NCBI GenBank assembly: GCA_013388635.1 | Contig: JACAEX010000043.1 | Location: 44,073-108,072 of the forward strand | From: Syntrophaceae bacterium | GTDB taxonomy: Bacteria > Desulfobacterota > BSN033 > UBA1163 | DNA length: 64,000 nucleotides | Direction of reading: 5' to 3' | Shown here: positions 40,740-49,405 of the stretch, one piece after another | How positions within the stretch are numbered: the first letter of the stretch is position 1 | How the letters are laid out: each line of letters begins with the position of its first letter | Position numbers and translations under genes: made by a program | Notes under the pieces: generated by a model | Databases searched by the model: none | Told to the model about the DNA's origin: nothing | The model's input: only the letters and a program-made list of their open reading frames with translations

Positions 40740-40762
40740 GGTTAAGATTGAGGTCCAGGAAA

Positions 40763-41920
40763 ATGAATTTTCTGGGCTATAAACGACCGGATGGAAAGGT
40801 TGGGGTGAGGAACCACATCGCCATCATTCCATCGGTCGTCTGTGCAAGCGAAGTCTGTATCGCGATTGCCAGGAAGGTGAAGGGCACAGTGGCGATCCCC
40901 CATCCCCATGGCTGTGCCCAGTTGCCCTTTGACGCTGAGCAGACAGCGAGGACTTTAATCGGCGTTGGCAAAAATCCCAATGTGGCAGCCGTTCTGGTCA
41001 TCGGCCTGGGATGCGAAGTTGTCGATCCCTTCCTGATCGCCTCCAAGATCGCAGAGTCAGACAAGTTGGTTAAGAGTCTGATCATCCAGGAGGTCGGAGG
41101 AACCCTGAAAACGGTAAAAGAAGGGACCAGGATGGCCAGAGCGATGTGGTCAGAGGCGTCTCGTTTCAAGAGGGAAAGGGTGGATCTGGATTCATTGATC
41201 CTTGGCGTGGAGTGCGGAGGTTCAGATGCCTGTTCCGGTCTTTCGGCCAATCCAGCCCTCGGCGTGGCCAGCGATCTCTTGATCAAAGAGGGCGGAACCG
41301 TCATCCTCTCAGAAACGACGGAGAGCATCGGAGCCGAACATATCCTGGCGAAGAGGGCGATCAATAAGAAGGTGAAGGAGAGAATCCTGGAGATCGTGAG
41401 ACGGACGGAGAGTCGGGCGCTTAATCTCGGGCTTGACATCGGAAAGGCGAACCCGGCACCCGGCAACATCAGGGGCGGGATCACCACTCTGGAAGAGAAG
41501 TCCCTCGGATGCATATTGAAAGGCGGAAGCAGCAGGATCATGGAAGTCCTTGAGTATGCGGAAGCCCCGGCTCAAAAAGGTCTCGTCCTCATGGATACCC
41601 CTGGACATGACGCCGAATCTGTCACGGGATTGATCGCAGGGGGTGCGCAGATCATTGCCTTTACAACGGGTCGCGGAACCCCTGTGGGATCTCCCATTGC
41701 TCCGGTCATCAAGATATCGACCAATTCCCACCTCTATTCGAAGATGAAGGACAATATCGATATCGACGCCGGTGAGATCATCACAGGGGACAAGACGGTT
41801 CAGGAGGTGGGAGAGAAGATCTTCAGGGAGGTTCTAAGGGTTGCCTCGGGAAGGTTGACCAAGAGCGAAATCCTGGGCCATCGGGAATTTGCGATCAACC
41901 GGATCGGTCCCTCTTTTTAA
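40763..41920 (+). CDS. uxaA: UxaA/GarD-type (altronate/galactarate) dehydratase large subunit
   Basis: GVRNH, HPHGC, GLGCE, ECGGSD, GNIRGGITTLEEKSLG, FTTGRG. Confidence 0.85.
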   Translation: MNFLGYKRPDGKVGVRNHIAIIPSVVCASEVCIAIARKVKGTVAIPHPHGCAQLPFDAEQTARTLIGVGKNPNVAAVLVIGLGCEVVDPFLIASKIAESDKLVKSLIIQEVGGTLKTVKEGTRMARAMWSEASRFKRERVDLDSLILGVECGGSDACSGLSANPALGVASDLLIKEGGTVILSETTESIGAEHILAKRAINKKVKERILEIVRRTESRALNLGLDIGKANPAPGNIRGGITTLEEKSLGCILKGGSSRIMEVLEYAEAPAQKGLVLMDTPGHDAESVTGLIAGGAQIIAFTTGRGTPVGSPIAPVIKISTNSHLYSKMKDNIDIDAGEIITGDKTVQEVGEKIFREVLRVASGRLTKSEILGHREFAINRIGPSF

Positions 41921-41926
41921 AAACAT

Positions 41927-42058
41927 AAATTCGAAGCACAAAATCCGAATTTCGAAACAAATTCAGATCGCCAGAATTCAAAGTGATAAATTGATATTGG
42001 TTTTGGAAATTTGAACATTTGGATTTTGAATTAGTTTCGATATTCGAATTTCGAAATC
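41927..42058. repeat. AT-rich MITE-like imperfect inverted-repeat element built from 7-bp units
   Basis: Left arm AAATTCGAAGCACAAAATCCGAATTTCGAAAC, right arm GTTTCGATATTCGAATTTCGAAAT; related copy at 16168. Confidence 0.7.
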
Positions 42059-42078
42059 TCTCTTTATAAGGAGCCCTC

Positions 42079-42984
42079 ATGTTCAAGCCTGAAGGCATTT
42101 ATGTGGCGATGATGACCCCTTTTGAAGGCGGAAGGATTAACGAAGCCGTCGTCCGCCAGATGGTAGACTTCGTCATAGAGAGAGGGGTTCATGGAATCTT
42201 CCCGGTCGGCTCCGTGGGCGAATTTGTCCACCTCGGTTTTGAGGAGAAGGTCTTTCTCATGCAGATCGTCCATGATCAAGCACGGGGAAGGGTCCCTGTG
42301 ACGCCTGGAATCACCTCCACCCGTCCGGAAGACTCCATCCGTCTTGCCAAAAAGGCCCGAGAGATCGGTTGCGAGGCTGTGGTGATCGCTCCTCCTTACT
42401 ACTATCCTCTCAGTCAGGAAAATATGGAGCGCTACTTTGAGACGGTGAGCGATGCGATCGATCTTCCGATCATCCTCTACAACATCCCGCTCTTCGCCCC
42501 TCCGATCGGTACCGATCTGGTCGAACGCCTCTCTCGTCGGAAGAACATCGTCGCTATGAAGGACTCCAGTGGGAGCATGGTCGATCTTCTCCACTACATG
42601 GACAAGGTCCGGTTAATCGGAGAGGACCTCTCCTTTCTGGTGGGCCGGGAGGATATCCTCTTCCCTGCCTTGATGGTGGGAGCAAAGGGATGTATGACCG
42701 CCACATCAGGCATTCTTCCGGAGATCATGGTCGGGATTTACAACGCCTGGCGAGACGGTGATTATGAGAAAGCCAGAGAGCTTCAGCTCTCCATCCTCTT
42801 GCTGATTCGCGCAATGTTCTCGGTTCCATTCCCCCTTGGATTTAAGACCGCCCTCGAAGTCAGGGGATTTAAAATGGGCCCGCCTCAACAGCCCCTCTCC
42901 GATGCGGAGTATTCTCGGTTTGCGGAAACAAAGAACCGCATCCAAGAGATCATGAAAGTAATCCTCCATGGTCTAAATTCTTAA
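42079..42984 (+). CDS. DapA/NanA/KDG-aldolase-family class I aldolase
   Basis: GSVGE, PPYYY, ILYNIP, Schiff-base Lys in MKDSSG. Confidence 0.9.
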   Translation: MFKPEGIYVAMMTPFEGGRINEAVVRQMVDFVIERGVHGIFPVGSVGEFVHLGFEEKVFLMQIVHDQARGRVPVTPGITSTRPEDSIRLAKKAREIGCEAVVIAPPYYYPLSQENMERYFETVSDAIDLPIILYNIPLFAPPIGTDLVERLSRRKNIVAMKDSSGSMVDLLHYMDKVRLIGEDLSFLVGREDILFPALMVGAKGCMTATSGILPEIMVGIYNAWRDGDYEKARELQLSILLLIRAMFSVPFPLGFKTALEVRGFKMGPPQQPLSDAEYSRFAETKNRIQEIMKVILHGLNS

Positions 42985-43050
42985 TCCCCGGAGTGCACCT
43001 TCTGTTTTTCCTTCCTGAAAGCAGCTGGGTCTGACAGTTACGAAGGAGGA

Positions 43051-43899
43051 TTACTTCTTCAGGGCGGCCATGAGTTTGGCATGTTCTCCTTCGAGCATGC
43101 CGTAGGTATGTTTTGGCTCAGGAAATCTCCCTGCCCTCACCTCTTCCGCATAGGTCTCGAGGGCCTTCAATGTCTCCTCTCCCAAGTTGGCATACCTCTT
43201 CACGAACTTTGCGGTAAAGGCCTGGAAGATTCCCAGGATGTCACTGACGATCATGAGCTGACCATCCGCATCGGCTCCAGCCCCGATACTGTAAACCGGG
43301 ATGGTCAATACATCCCGGATGATCTTGCAGACCTCCTGGGGAACAGCCTCCACAAGCAGGGAAAAGGCCCCGGCCTTCTCGACCGCCTTCGCATCCTCGA
43401 TCAGGTCTATCGCAGCCTCAGCCGTACGGCCCTGGGCCTTGAACCCGCCAAGCTGACCCGAACTCTGAGGGGTCAAACCGATATGGCCCATCACCAGCAT
43501 CCCCCCATCTGAGATCGCCCTGATCTGGGCACAGACCCTTTGGCCTCCCTCCAGCTTGATCGCATCGACCCTCGCCTCTTTAAAGAAACGACCAGCATTT
43601 CGAACCGCCTCATCCGCATTCACCTGATAGGAGAGAAAGGGCATATCACCGATCACAAAGGTATTGGGAGCCCCTCGCCGAACTGCCTCGGAATGGTAGA
43701 TGCATTGATCCATGGTGACCGGAATGGTGCCTTCATAACCGTAGATGCACATGCCCAGAGAATCGCCTACGAGAATCATATCCATCCCTGCTTTTTCCGC
43801 AAACTGGGCGGTCCAGTAATCGTAGGCCGTCACCCAGACCGCTTTCTTCCCAGATTCCTTCATGCTCTGAAGATCGAACCGGGTCAGCTTCGTTTTCAT
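43051..43899 (-). CDS. panB: 3-methyl-2-oxobutanoate hydroxymethyltransferase
   Basis: TAYD, LVGDSLG, DMPFLSY, KLEGG, GHIGLTPQ, IGAG. Confidence 0.95.
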   Translation of the reverse strand: MKTKLTRFDLQSMKESGKKAVWVTAYDYWTAQFAEKAGMDMILVGDSLGMCIYGYEGTIPVTMDQCIYHSEAVRRGAPNTFVIGDMPFLSYQVNADEAVRNAGRFFKEARVDAIKLEGGQRVCAQIRAISDGGMLVMGHIGLTPQSSGQLGGFKAQGRTAEAAIDLIEDAKAVEKAGAFSLLVEAVPQEVCKIIRDVLTIPVYSIGAGADADGQLMIVSDILGIFQAFTAKFVKRYANLGEETLKALETYAEEVRAGRFPEPKHTYGMLEGEHAKLMAALKK

Positions 43900-44002
43900 C
43901 TCTCCCTCCTCAACTTTTTTTTACAAACTTAAAACGTTGCGTATCCTCTGATCACAAATGGACAGCCTGACTCCAATTTATTATACTTGATTTCATAAGA
44001 TT

Positions 44003-45661
44003 GTGAAAATGAAAATCCTTCTGATTCAACCGCCGGTTCGGGATTTTTATCAGACCACGATACGGACACAGCCGATCGGCCTGGCCTATCTTGCTGCCTC
44101 TCTTCAAAAACATGGCTACGAAGTCGAGATTCTCGACTGCCAAAAAGGGACGAAGAAATCGGTCCCCATCCCTGCCGAGCTCTCCTATCTCAAGGCTCTC
44201 TACCCCTTTGATGACCGGAGTCCGTTCAAGCTCTATTCGGGCTATTACCATTTCGGAATGGGTTGGGAAGAGATCCGGCGAAAGATCGAGGGCTCGGAGG
44301 CCGATCTCTTTGGGATCTCCTCTAACTTCACGCCATATCATGGCGAGGCATTGGAGATCGCTCGAATTGTTAAGGAATCTGATAGAAGAAGAATCGTGGT
44401 CATGGGAGGGGCACATGTCAGCTGCGATCCGGAAGGGGTTCTCCGCAACCCGTTCGTCGACTATGTCGTCTTGGGAGAAGGAGAGGTTCGCCTTCCCTCC
44501 CTTCTGAATCGCCTTCAAAAAGGAGGAGTCCCGCGCGATATCGAAGGCATCGGGTATCGGGTGAACGGAGAGATCCGGGTGAATCCGCTCCGGACTTTTA
44601 TCCAGGATCTGGATTCTCTTCCACATCCTTCAAGGGAGAGGCTCGATCTGGATCGATATCGGATCGGAAGGAAACGATCCACCATGATCATCACCAGCAG
44701 GGGCTGCCCCCATGGATGCGCCTATTGTTCAACCCATCTCGTGATGGGCACCTCTTTTCGAACCCGGTCTCCAGATGCCATTATTCAGGAGATGATCGCA
44801 TGCAGGAAGCAATACGACATCCGAGCCTTTGACATCGAAGATGACAATTTCACCTTTGATCAGGAACGGGCAAAGAGATTGATGAGATTGATCATTGAGA
44901 CTTTTGGAGAGGAGAATATCGAACTGACGGCCATGAACGGCATCTCCTTTGCCTCTCTCGATCAGGAGCTTCTGGAATTGATGAAGAGGGCAGGGTTTAG
45001 AACCATCAATCTCTCATTCGTCAGCACAGATCCGTCGGTCAAAATGATGATGCATCGGCCTGCCGCCCCACATGATTTTCATGAGGTCTTGGAGATGGCC
45101 AGAAAGATTGGGTTGAGCGTCATTGCTTATGCCATTTTTGGAATGCCAGGTCAAACCATAGAAGAAATGGTGGACACGTTAATCTATCTAATGGAGAAAA
45201 GGGTTCTGATCGGGCCGAGCGTTTACTATCCCACCCCCGGAACTCCTCTCTTTGAGAAGTGTAGAAAGGAACGGACCCTCCCATCGCATCCCTCCCAATG
45301 GCGGTCGAGCGCCCTGCCCATCGAAACGGATAAATTTAACCGCCTCGATTTATTAACCCTTCTCCGCCTGGTCAGGGTCATCAACTTTATAAAGGGAAAA
45401 ATGGACCAGGAGGAATTGAGCGAAGGAATGACGTGGAAAGCACTTGACCAACTGTTGAAGGCTGAGGCCGAGGCCAAGGATGAGTCAGTGACGTGGAAGG
45501 ACCTTCTTTCATTGCTCTTGAGAGAAAAGACCTTTTTCAGTATGAAGACGGATTCTAAGCAAAAGACATCGATTTTGAAAGAGGCGAGTTCCGGAAGGGT
45601 CATGGATGCTTTCTTTGAGAGGGCCTGGGAAACTCCTGTCCTGAAGAGTAGAAATGCTTAA
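44003..45661 (+). CDS. Cobalamin-binding radical SAM protein
   Basis: N-terminal B12 domain (PIGLAYLAASL, MGGAH), SRGCPHGCAYC, DDNFT; alternative start ATG 44009. Confidence 0.88.
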   Translation: MKMKILLIQPPVRDFYQTTIRTQPIGLAYLAASLQKHGYEVEILDCQKGTKKSVPIPAELSYLKALYPFDDRSPFKLYSGYYHFGMGWEEIRRKIEGSEADLFGISSNFTPYHGEALEIARIVKESDRRRIVVMGGAHVSCDPEGVLRNPFVDYVVLGEGEVRLPSLLNRLQKGGVPRDIEGIGYRVNGEIRVNPLRTFIQDLDSLPHPSRERLDLDRYRIGRKRSTMIITSRGCPHGCAYCSTHLVMGTSFRTRSPDAIIQEMIACRKQYDIRAFDIEDDNFTFDQERAKRLMRLIIETFGEENIELTAMNGISFASLDQELLELMKRAGFRTINLSFVSTDPSVKMMMHRPAAPHDFHEVLEMARKIGLSVIAYAIFGMPGQTIEEMVDTLIYLMEKRVLIGPSVYYPTPGTPLFEKCRKERTLPSHPSQWRSSALPIETDKFNRLDLLTLLRLVRVINFIKGKMDQEELSEGMTWKALDQLLKAEAEAKDESVTWKDLLSLLLREKTFFSMKTDSKQKTSILKEASSGRVMDAFFERAWETPVLKSRNA

Positions 45662-45753
45662 GGAGGTTTAATCCTTACCAATGCAAACTCCTTAGCTGTT
45701 GGTTTTTTTGCCGGGAAGTGGTATGGATAAGAATAGAGAAAAGAGGATTCAAG

Positions 45754-46392
45754 ATGACAACGATCTATCTGGTGCGTCATGGACAAACCGCATGGAACAA
45801 AGAGGAGGTCTTTCGGGGAAGAACGGACATTCCCCTCAATGAAATCGGAATTCGAGAGGCTGAACTGGCCGGAGAGTACCTGAAAGGGATGGACATCGAG
45901 GCCATCTATTCCAGTCCTCTCTCTCGGGCTAAGGAGACCGCCCTAAGAATCGCACACTTTTTCAGTTTGGAAGTCCAACCTCTCGAAGGCATCACGGATA
46001 TGAGTTTCGGAAAGTGGGAAGGTCGCCCGCTGAAGGAGGTTCAAGTCGACGATGCGGAGCTGTATCGACAGTGGAGAGAAGAGCCGCATCTGGTCAGACT
46101 TCCTGGAGGGGAGACTCTGGATGAGGTTCGCGTCAGGGCCATGGCCGCGCTCGAAGAGGTGATCGAGTCTCATCCGGGAAGGAATATCGTCCTCGTCTCT
46201 CACCGGGTCGTCAACAAAGTCATCATCTGTGGCATTTTAGGAATAGATAACTCCCATTTCTGGCAGATCGGTCAGGATACAGCCGCCATCAACCGGATCC
46301 GATTCGAGAGGGGTAGGTATGTCCTCTCCCTTTTGAATGAGACCTGCCACCTCAACCCTCTCGAGACCGAGAGGTTGAAGCGCGACTTTTAG
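45754..46392 (+). CDS. Histidine phosphatase (phosphoglycerate mutase/CobC family)
   Basis: LVRHGQT, SSPLSRA, FGKWEG, VSH. Confidence 0.9.
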   Translation: MTTIYLVRHGQTAWNKEEVFRGRTDIPLNEIGIREAELAGEYLKGMDIEAIYSSPLSRAKETALRIAHFFSLEVQPLEGITDMSFGKWEGRPLKEVQVDDAELYRQWREEPHLVRLPGGETLDEVRVRAMAALEEVIESHPGRNIVLVSHRVVNKVIICGILGIDNSHFWQIGQDTAAINRIRFERGRYVLSLLNETCHLNPLETERLKRDF

Positions 46393-46433
46393 CCAATTGA
46401 AGCGGGTTCGAGGTTATCCGAGATACGTTTACA

Positions 46434-46856
46434 TCAAGACACAGATTTAAGAAAGTTTTCGATTTTGGTTTTGATCTCGTCCCTGATCTTCCGAAAGACG
46501 GCCAATCGCTGCTTCTCCGTTCCAACCGCTGCCGCGGGGTCTTTAAGGGCCCAATGGAGTCGTTTGCCAGAACCGGGAAAGACAGGACAGCTCATCGCTG
46601 CATAATCGCAAAGGGTGATCACATAATCAAACTCTTGATTGAGGAAATCGTCCACAGATTTGGAGGATTGATGGGAGATATCGATCCCGACCTCTTTCAT
46701 CACCTCAATGGCCAGAGGGTGAACAAAGGAGGGAAGGATCCCTGCACTCTGAACCTCCCACTCTCCAGCTCCTAAAGACCTCATCAGTCCCTCAGCCATT
46801 TGACTCCGAGCCGAATTTCCAGTACAGAGAAAGAGGACCTTCTTCTTGCCTGGCAT
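46434..46856 (-). CDS. arsC: Arsenate reductase / low-molecular-weight phosphatase
   Basis: LCTGNSARSQMAE P-loop, CPVFPG, HWALKDP. Confidence 0.85.
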   Translation of the reverse strand: MPGKKKVLFLCTGNSARSQMAEGLMRSLGAGEWEVQSAGILPSFVHPLAIEVMKEVGIDISHQSSKSVDDFLNQEFDYVITLCDYAAMSCPVFPGSGKRLHWALKDPAAAVGTEKQRLAVFRKIRDEIKTKIENFLKSVS

Positions 46857-46880
46857 GATAGTTCCGATTTTAAATTGTGA

Positions 46881-47282
46881 TTATCTACCCTTGCTTGACC
46901 GCCTGGGAGGATAGGTGGCCTCGATCGTGCTCTTCATCCCTCCCCGGACATTGAACTCACCAATGACAATCGCCCGGATCGGCTTGGTAGCCTTTACGAA
47001 GTCTCTCAGGATTCGGTTGACCGCATTCTCGTAGAAGATCCCCAAATTCCGGTAACCGAGGATGTACATCTTTAAGGACTTCAATTCTGCACACCACCGA
47101 TTGGGAACATACCGAATCGTAATGGTCCCGAAATCCGGCAATCCTGTTCGAGGACAGACGGAGGTAAACTCGGGGATCGAGATGGTGATCTCGTAATCCC
47201 TAAATTGATTTTCGAAACATTCGATCTTCGGAAGAGGGGTGCTGATCCCTGCCTTTGCATGGGCTTCCGTATACTCAGCCAT
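46881..47282 (-). CDS. queF: preQ1 synthase (7-cyano-7-deazaguanine reductase)
   Basis: PEFTSVCPRTGLPDFG, ELKSLKMY, RGG. Confidence 0.95.
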   Translation of the reverse strand: MAEYTEAHAKAGISTPLPKIECFENQFRDYEITISIPEFTSVCPRTGLPDFGTITIRYVPNRWCAELKSLKMYILGYRNLGIFYENAVNRILRDFVKATKPIRAIVIGEFNVRGGMKSTIEATYPPRRSSKGR

Positions 47283-47343
47283 GGTCTCACCTTTTTAGAG
47301 CCATCTTAATTCCAGGGCCTGGGCTCAGGCCGTGGAGAATTAC

Positions 47344-47373
47344 ATTATAATTGCACGCGGAATACAATGTCAA
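47344..47373 (-). promoter_or_regulatory. Sigma70 promoter of queF-arsC
   Basis: Minus strand TTGACA-N18-TATAAT with consensus hexamers. Confidence 0.65.
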
Positions 47374-47464
47374 AAGGAAAGATATTGAATCTTTTTCTCA
47401 CTATTGTTAAATATAGGTGGTATAATCTCGAGGGATTTAATAAGAATTTGGCTGAGGTGAAGAT

Positions 47465-48616
47465 TTGGATCTGACCCTTTCGATCCAGCAGAGACAGATA
47501 AGGAGAATGGCCCGTCAGTTTGCCAAGACCGAGCTCGCGCCCATCGCCAAGGAGATCGACGAGGAAGGCCGCTTCCCCTGGGAAGCGGTGGAGAAGATGG
47601 GAGCCCTCAATTTTTTTGGGATGCAGGCTCCCAGACGGTATGGCGGTGCAGAACTGGACTCCATCTCGTATTGTCTGGTGATCGAGGAGATCTCGCGCCT
47701 CTGCGCATCGATGGGGCTGATGCTGGCCGTCCATAACAGCGTCGTCGTCTTTCCCCTAAACCAATTCGGAAGCGACGAGCAGAAGGCCAAGTTCCTTCCT
47801 CCCTTAGCCTCAGGCGAAAAGATCGGCGCCTTCTGTCTGACCGAACCAAATGCCGGCTCAGACGCCATGGCCATTGAATCGACCGCCATCAGAGACGGCG
47901 ACTCTTATATCGTCAATGCCAATAAGATATTCGTGACCAATGGCGGGGTGGCCGACACCCTGATCGTCTTCGTCTCAGTGAATCCAGAGGATGTGAAGAA
48001 GGGATTCAGTGCGATCCTGGTTGAGCGCGGCACTCCAGGATTTGAGGTAGGGCTCCTTGAGAACAATTGCGGCATGCGCGCCAATCCGGTCACCTCGATC
48101 GTCCTCACCGACTGCCGGGTGCCCAGGACCAACCTCCTCGGCCGGGAGGGCGACGGATTTAAGGTTGCCATGGCTGCCTTAGATACCGGCCGGATCGGTA
48201 TTGCGGCACAGGCGGTGGGGATCGCTCAGGGTGCCCTGGACGTCTCCTTGAAATATGCGAAGGAGCGGATTCAATTCCGCGTCCCTCTGGCGAGGCATCA
48301 GGCCATTCAGATGATGCTCGCTGACATGGGGACCATGGTCGAAGCAGCGCGGCTTCTCACCTTAAAGGCAGCCCATGTGAGAGACCAAGGAGGTGATCTC
48401 TCCGGGCCCTCAGCCATGGCCAAGCTCTTTGCCGGCCGCACCGCTTCAAAGGTTGCCTCCATGGGTGTCCAGATTCACGGAGGTTATGGATACAGCAAGG
48501 ACTACCCCATTGAACGATATTTCCGCGATGCCCGGGTCACAGAGATTTATGAGGGCACGAATGAGATCCAGCAGATCGTCATCGCCCGTGAGCTTCTAAA
48601 AGGGGGCGAAGACTGA
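47465..48616 (+). CDS. Acyl-CoA dehydrogenase (butyryl-CoA dehydrogenase-like)
   Basis: [39 protein letters not shown]; extended -10 TGGTATAAT at 47418. Confidence 0.93.
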   Translation: MDLTLSIQQRQIRRMARQFAKTELAPIAKEIDEEGRFPWEAVEKMGALNFFGMQAPRRYGGAELDSISYCLVIEEISRLCASMGLMLAVHNSVVVFPLNQFGSDEQKAKFLPPLASGEKIGAFCLTEPNAGSDAMAIESTAIRDGDSYIVNANKIFVTNGGVADTLIVFVSVNPEDVKKGFSAILVERGTPGFEVGLLENNCGMRANPVTSIVLTDCRVPRTNLLGREGDGFKVAMAALDTGRIGIAAQAVGIAQGALDVSLKYAKERIQFRVPLARHQAIQMMLADMGTMVEAARLLTLKAAHVRDQGGDLSGPSAMAKLFAGRTASKVASMGVQIHGGYGYSKDYPIERYFRDARVTEIYEGTNEIQQIVIARELLKGGED

Positions 48617-49401
48617 TGGAGATCATCGTCTGTATCAAACAGGTGGTAGCTGGAGATCGGGTGAAGATCGATCCGCGCACTTACAGCCTCGTGCGGTCCG
48701 CAGAATCCTCCCATATCAACCCCTTCGATCTATTCGCTCTGGATATGGCGGTTCAACTGAGGAAAAAGTATGCCGGGTCGATCACCGCTCTCACCATGGG
48801 GCCAAAGATCAGTGAGGAGGTCCTCTGGGAGGCCCTATCCCTTGGAGCTGACAGGGCCATACTCCTCTCGGATCCGCGATGCGCTGCAAGCGATACCCTG
48901 GCCACCTCCTACGTGCTGGGCATGGGCATTCGGAAGATCGGCAGGTTCGATCTGATCCTCTGCGGGATGCGGACCACTGATGGTGATACCGGTCAGGTCG
49001 GTCCCCAACTGGCAGAGGAGCTGAATCTTCCCCATATCGGCAACGTGGAAAAGGTGGAGGGGGAGAGGGGACTTCTTCGCATCGAAAGGCTGACGGACGG
49101 ATTCAGAGAGATCCTGGAGGTCTCTCTGCCAGCTCTGCTCACCGTCTCTCCGAGAAGAACGGTACGCCTTGCGAGCCTGATAGAGATTCAGGATGCCTTT
49201 ACCCGATGCTCCATCGAGTCCTGGAATTTAGAGGATCTGAAGGCCGATCCAGCGAAGGCGGGCATTTCCGGTTCTGGGACATGGGTGGAGGGACTGACTC
49301 CTCTCACACAGGAGAAGTCCTGTGTCTTGATTGAAGGAGATCCCCGGCAGCAGGCTAAGTCACTCTTGAAAAAACTGATCGAAAGGAATCTGCTTTCATA
49401 G
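48616..49401 (+). CDS. etfB: Electron transfer flavoprotein beta subunit
   Basis: IIVCIKQV, INPFD, SDTLATS, DGDTGQVGP. Confidence 0.93.
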   Translation: MEIIVCIKQVVAGDRVKIDPRTYSLVRSAESSHINPFDLFALDMAVQLRKKYAGSITALTMGPKISEEVLWEALSLGADRAILLSDPRCAASDTLATSYVLGMGIRKIGRFDLILCGMRTTDGDTGQVGPQLAEELNLPHIGNVEKVEGERGLLRIERLTDGFREILEVSLPALLTVSPRRTVRLASLIEIQDAFTRCSIESWNLEDLKADPAKAGISGSGTWVEGLTPLTQEKSCVLIEGDPRQQAKSLLKKLIERNLLS

Positions 49402-49405
49402 AGCG

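Noticed and set aside
40434-41920. SuyAB sulfolactate sulfo-lyase interpretation of the split UxaA pair
   Set aside because: It has the HxHGC/GLGCE pattern of altronate/galactarate dehydratases rather than the HAYGR-type segment I recall for SuyB, and no sulfonate genes are nearby.
42079-42984. Housekeeping dapA
   Set aside because: GSVGE instead of GTTGE, no Arg after YNIP, and located behind uxaA; more likely a catabolic aldolase.
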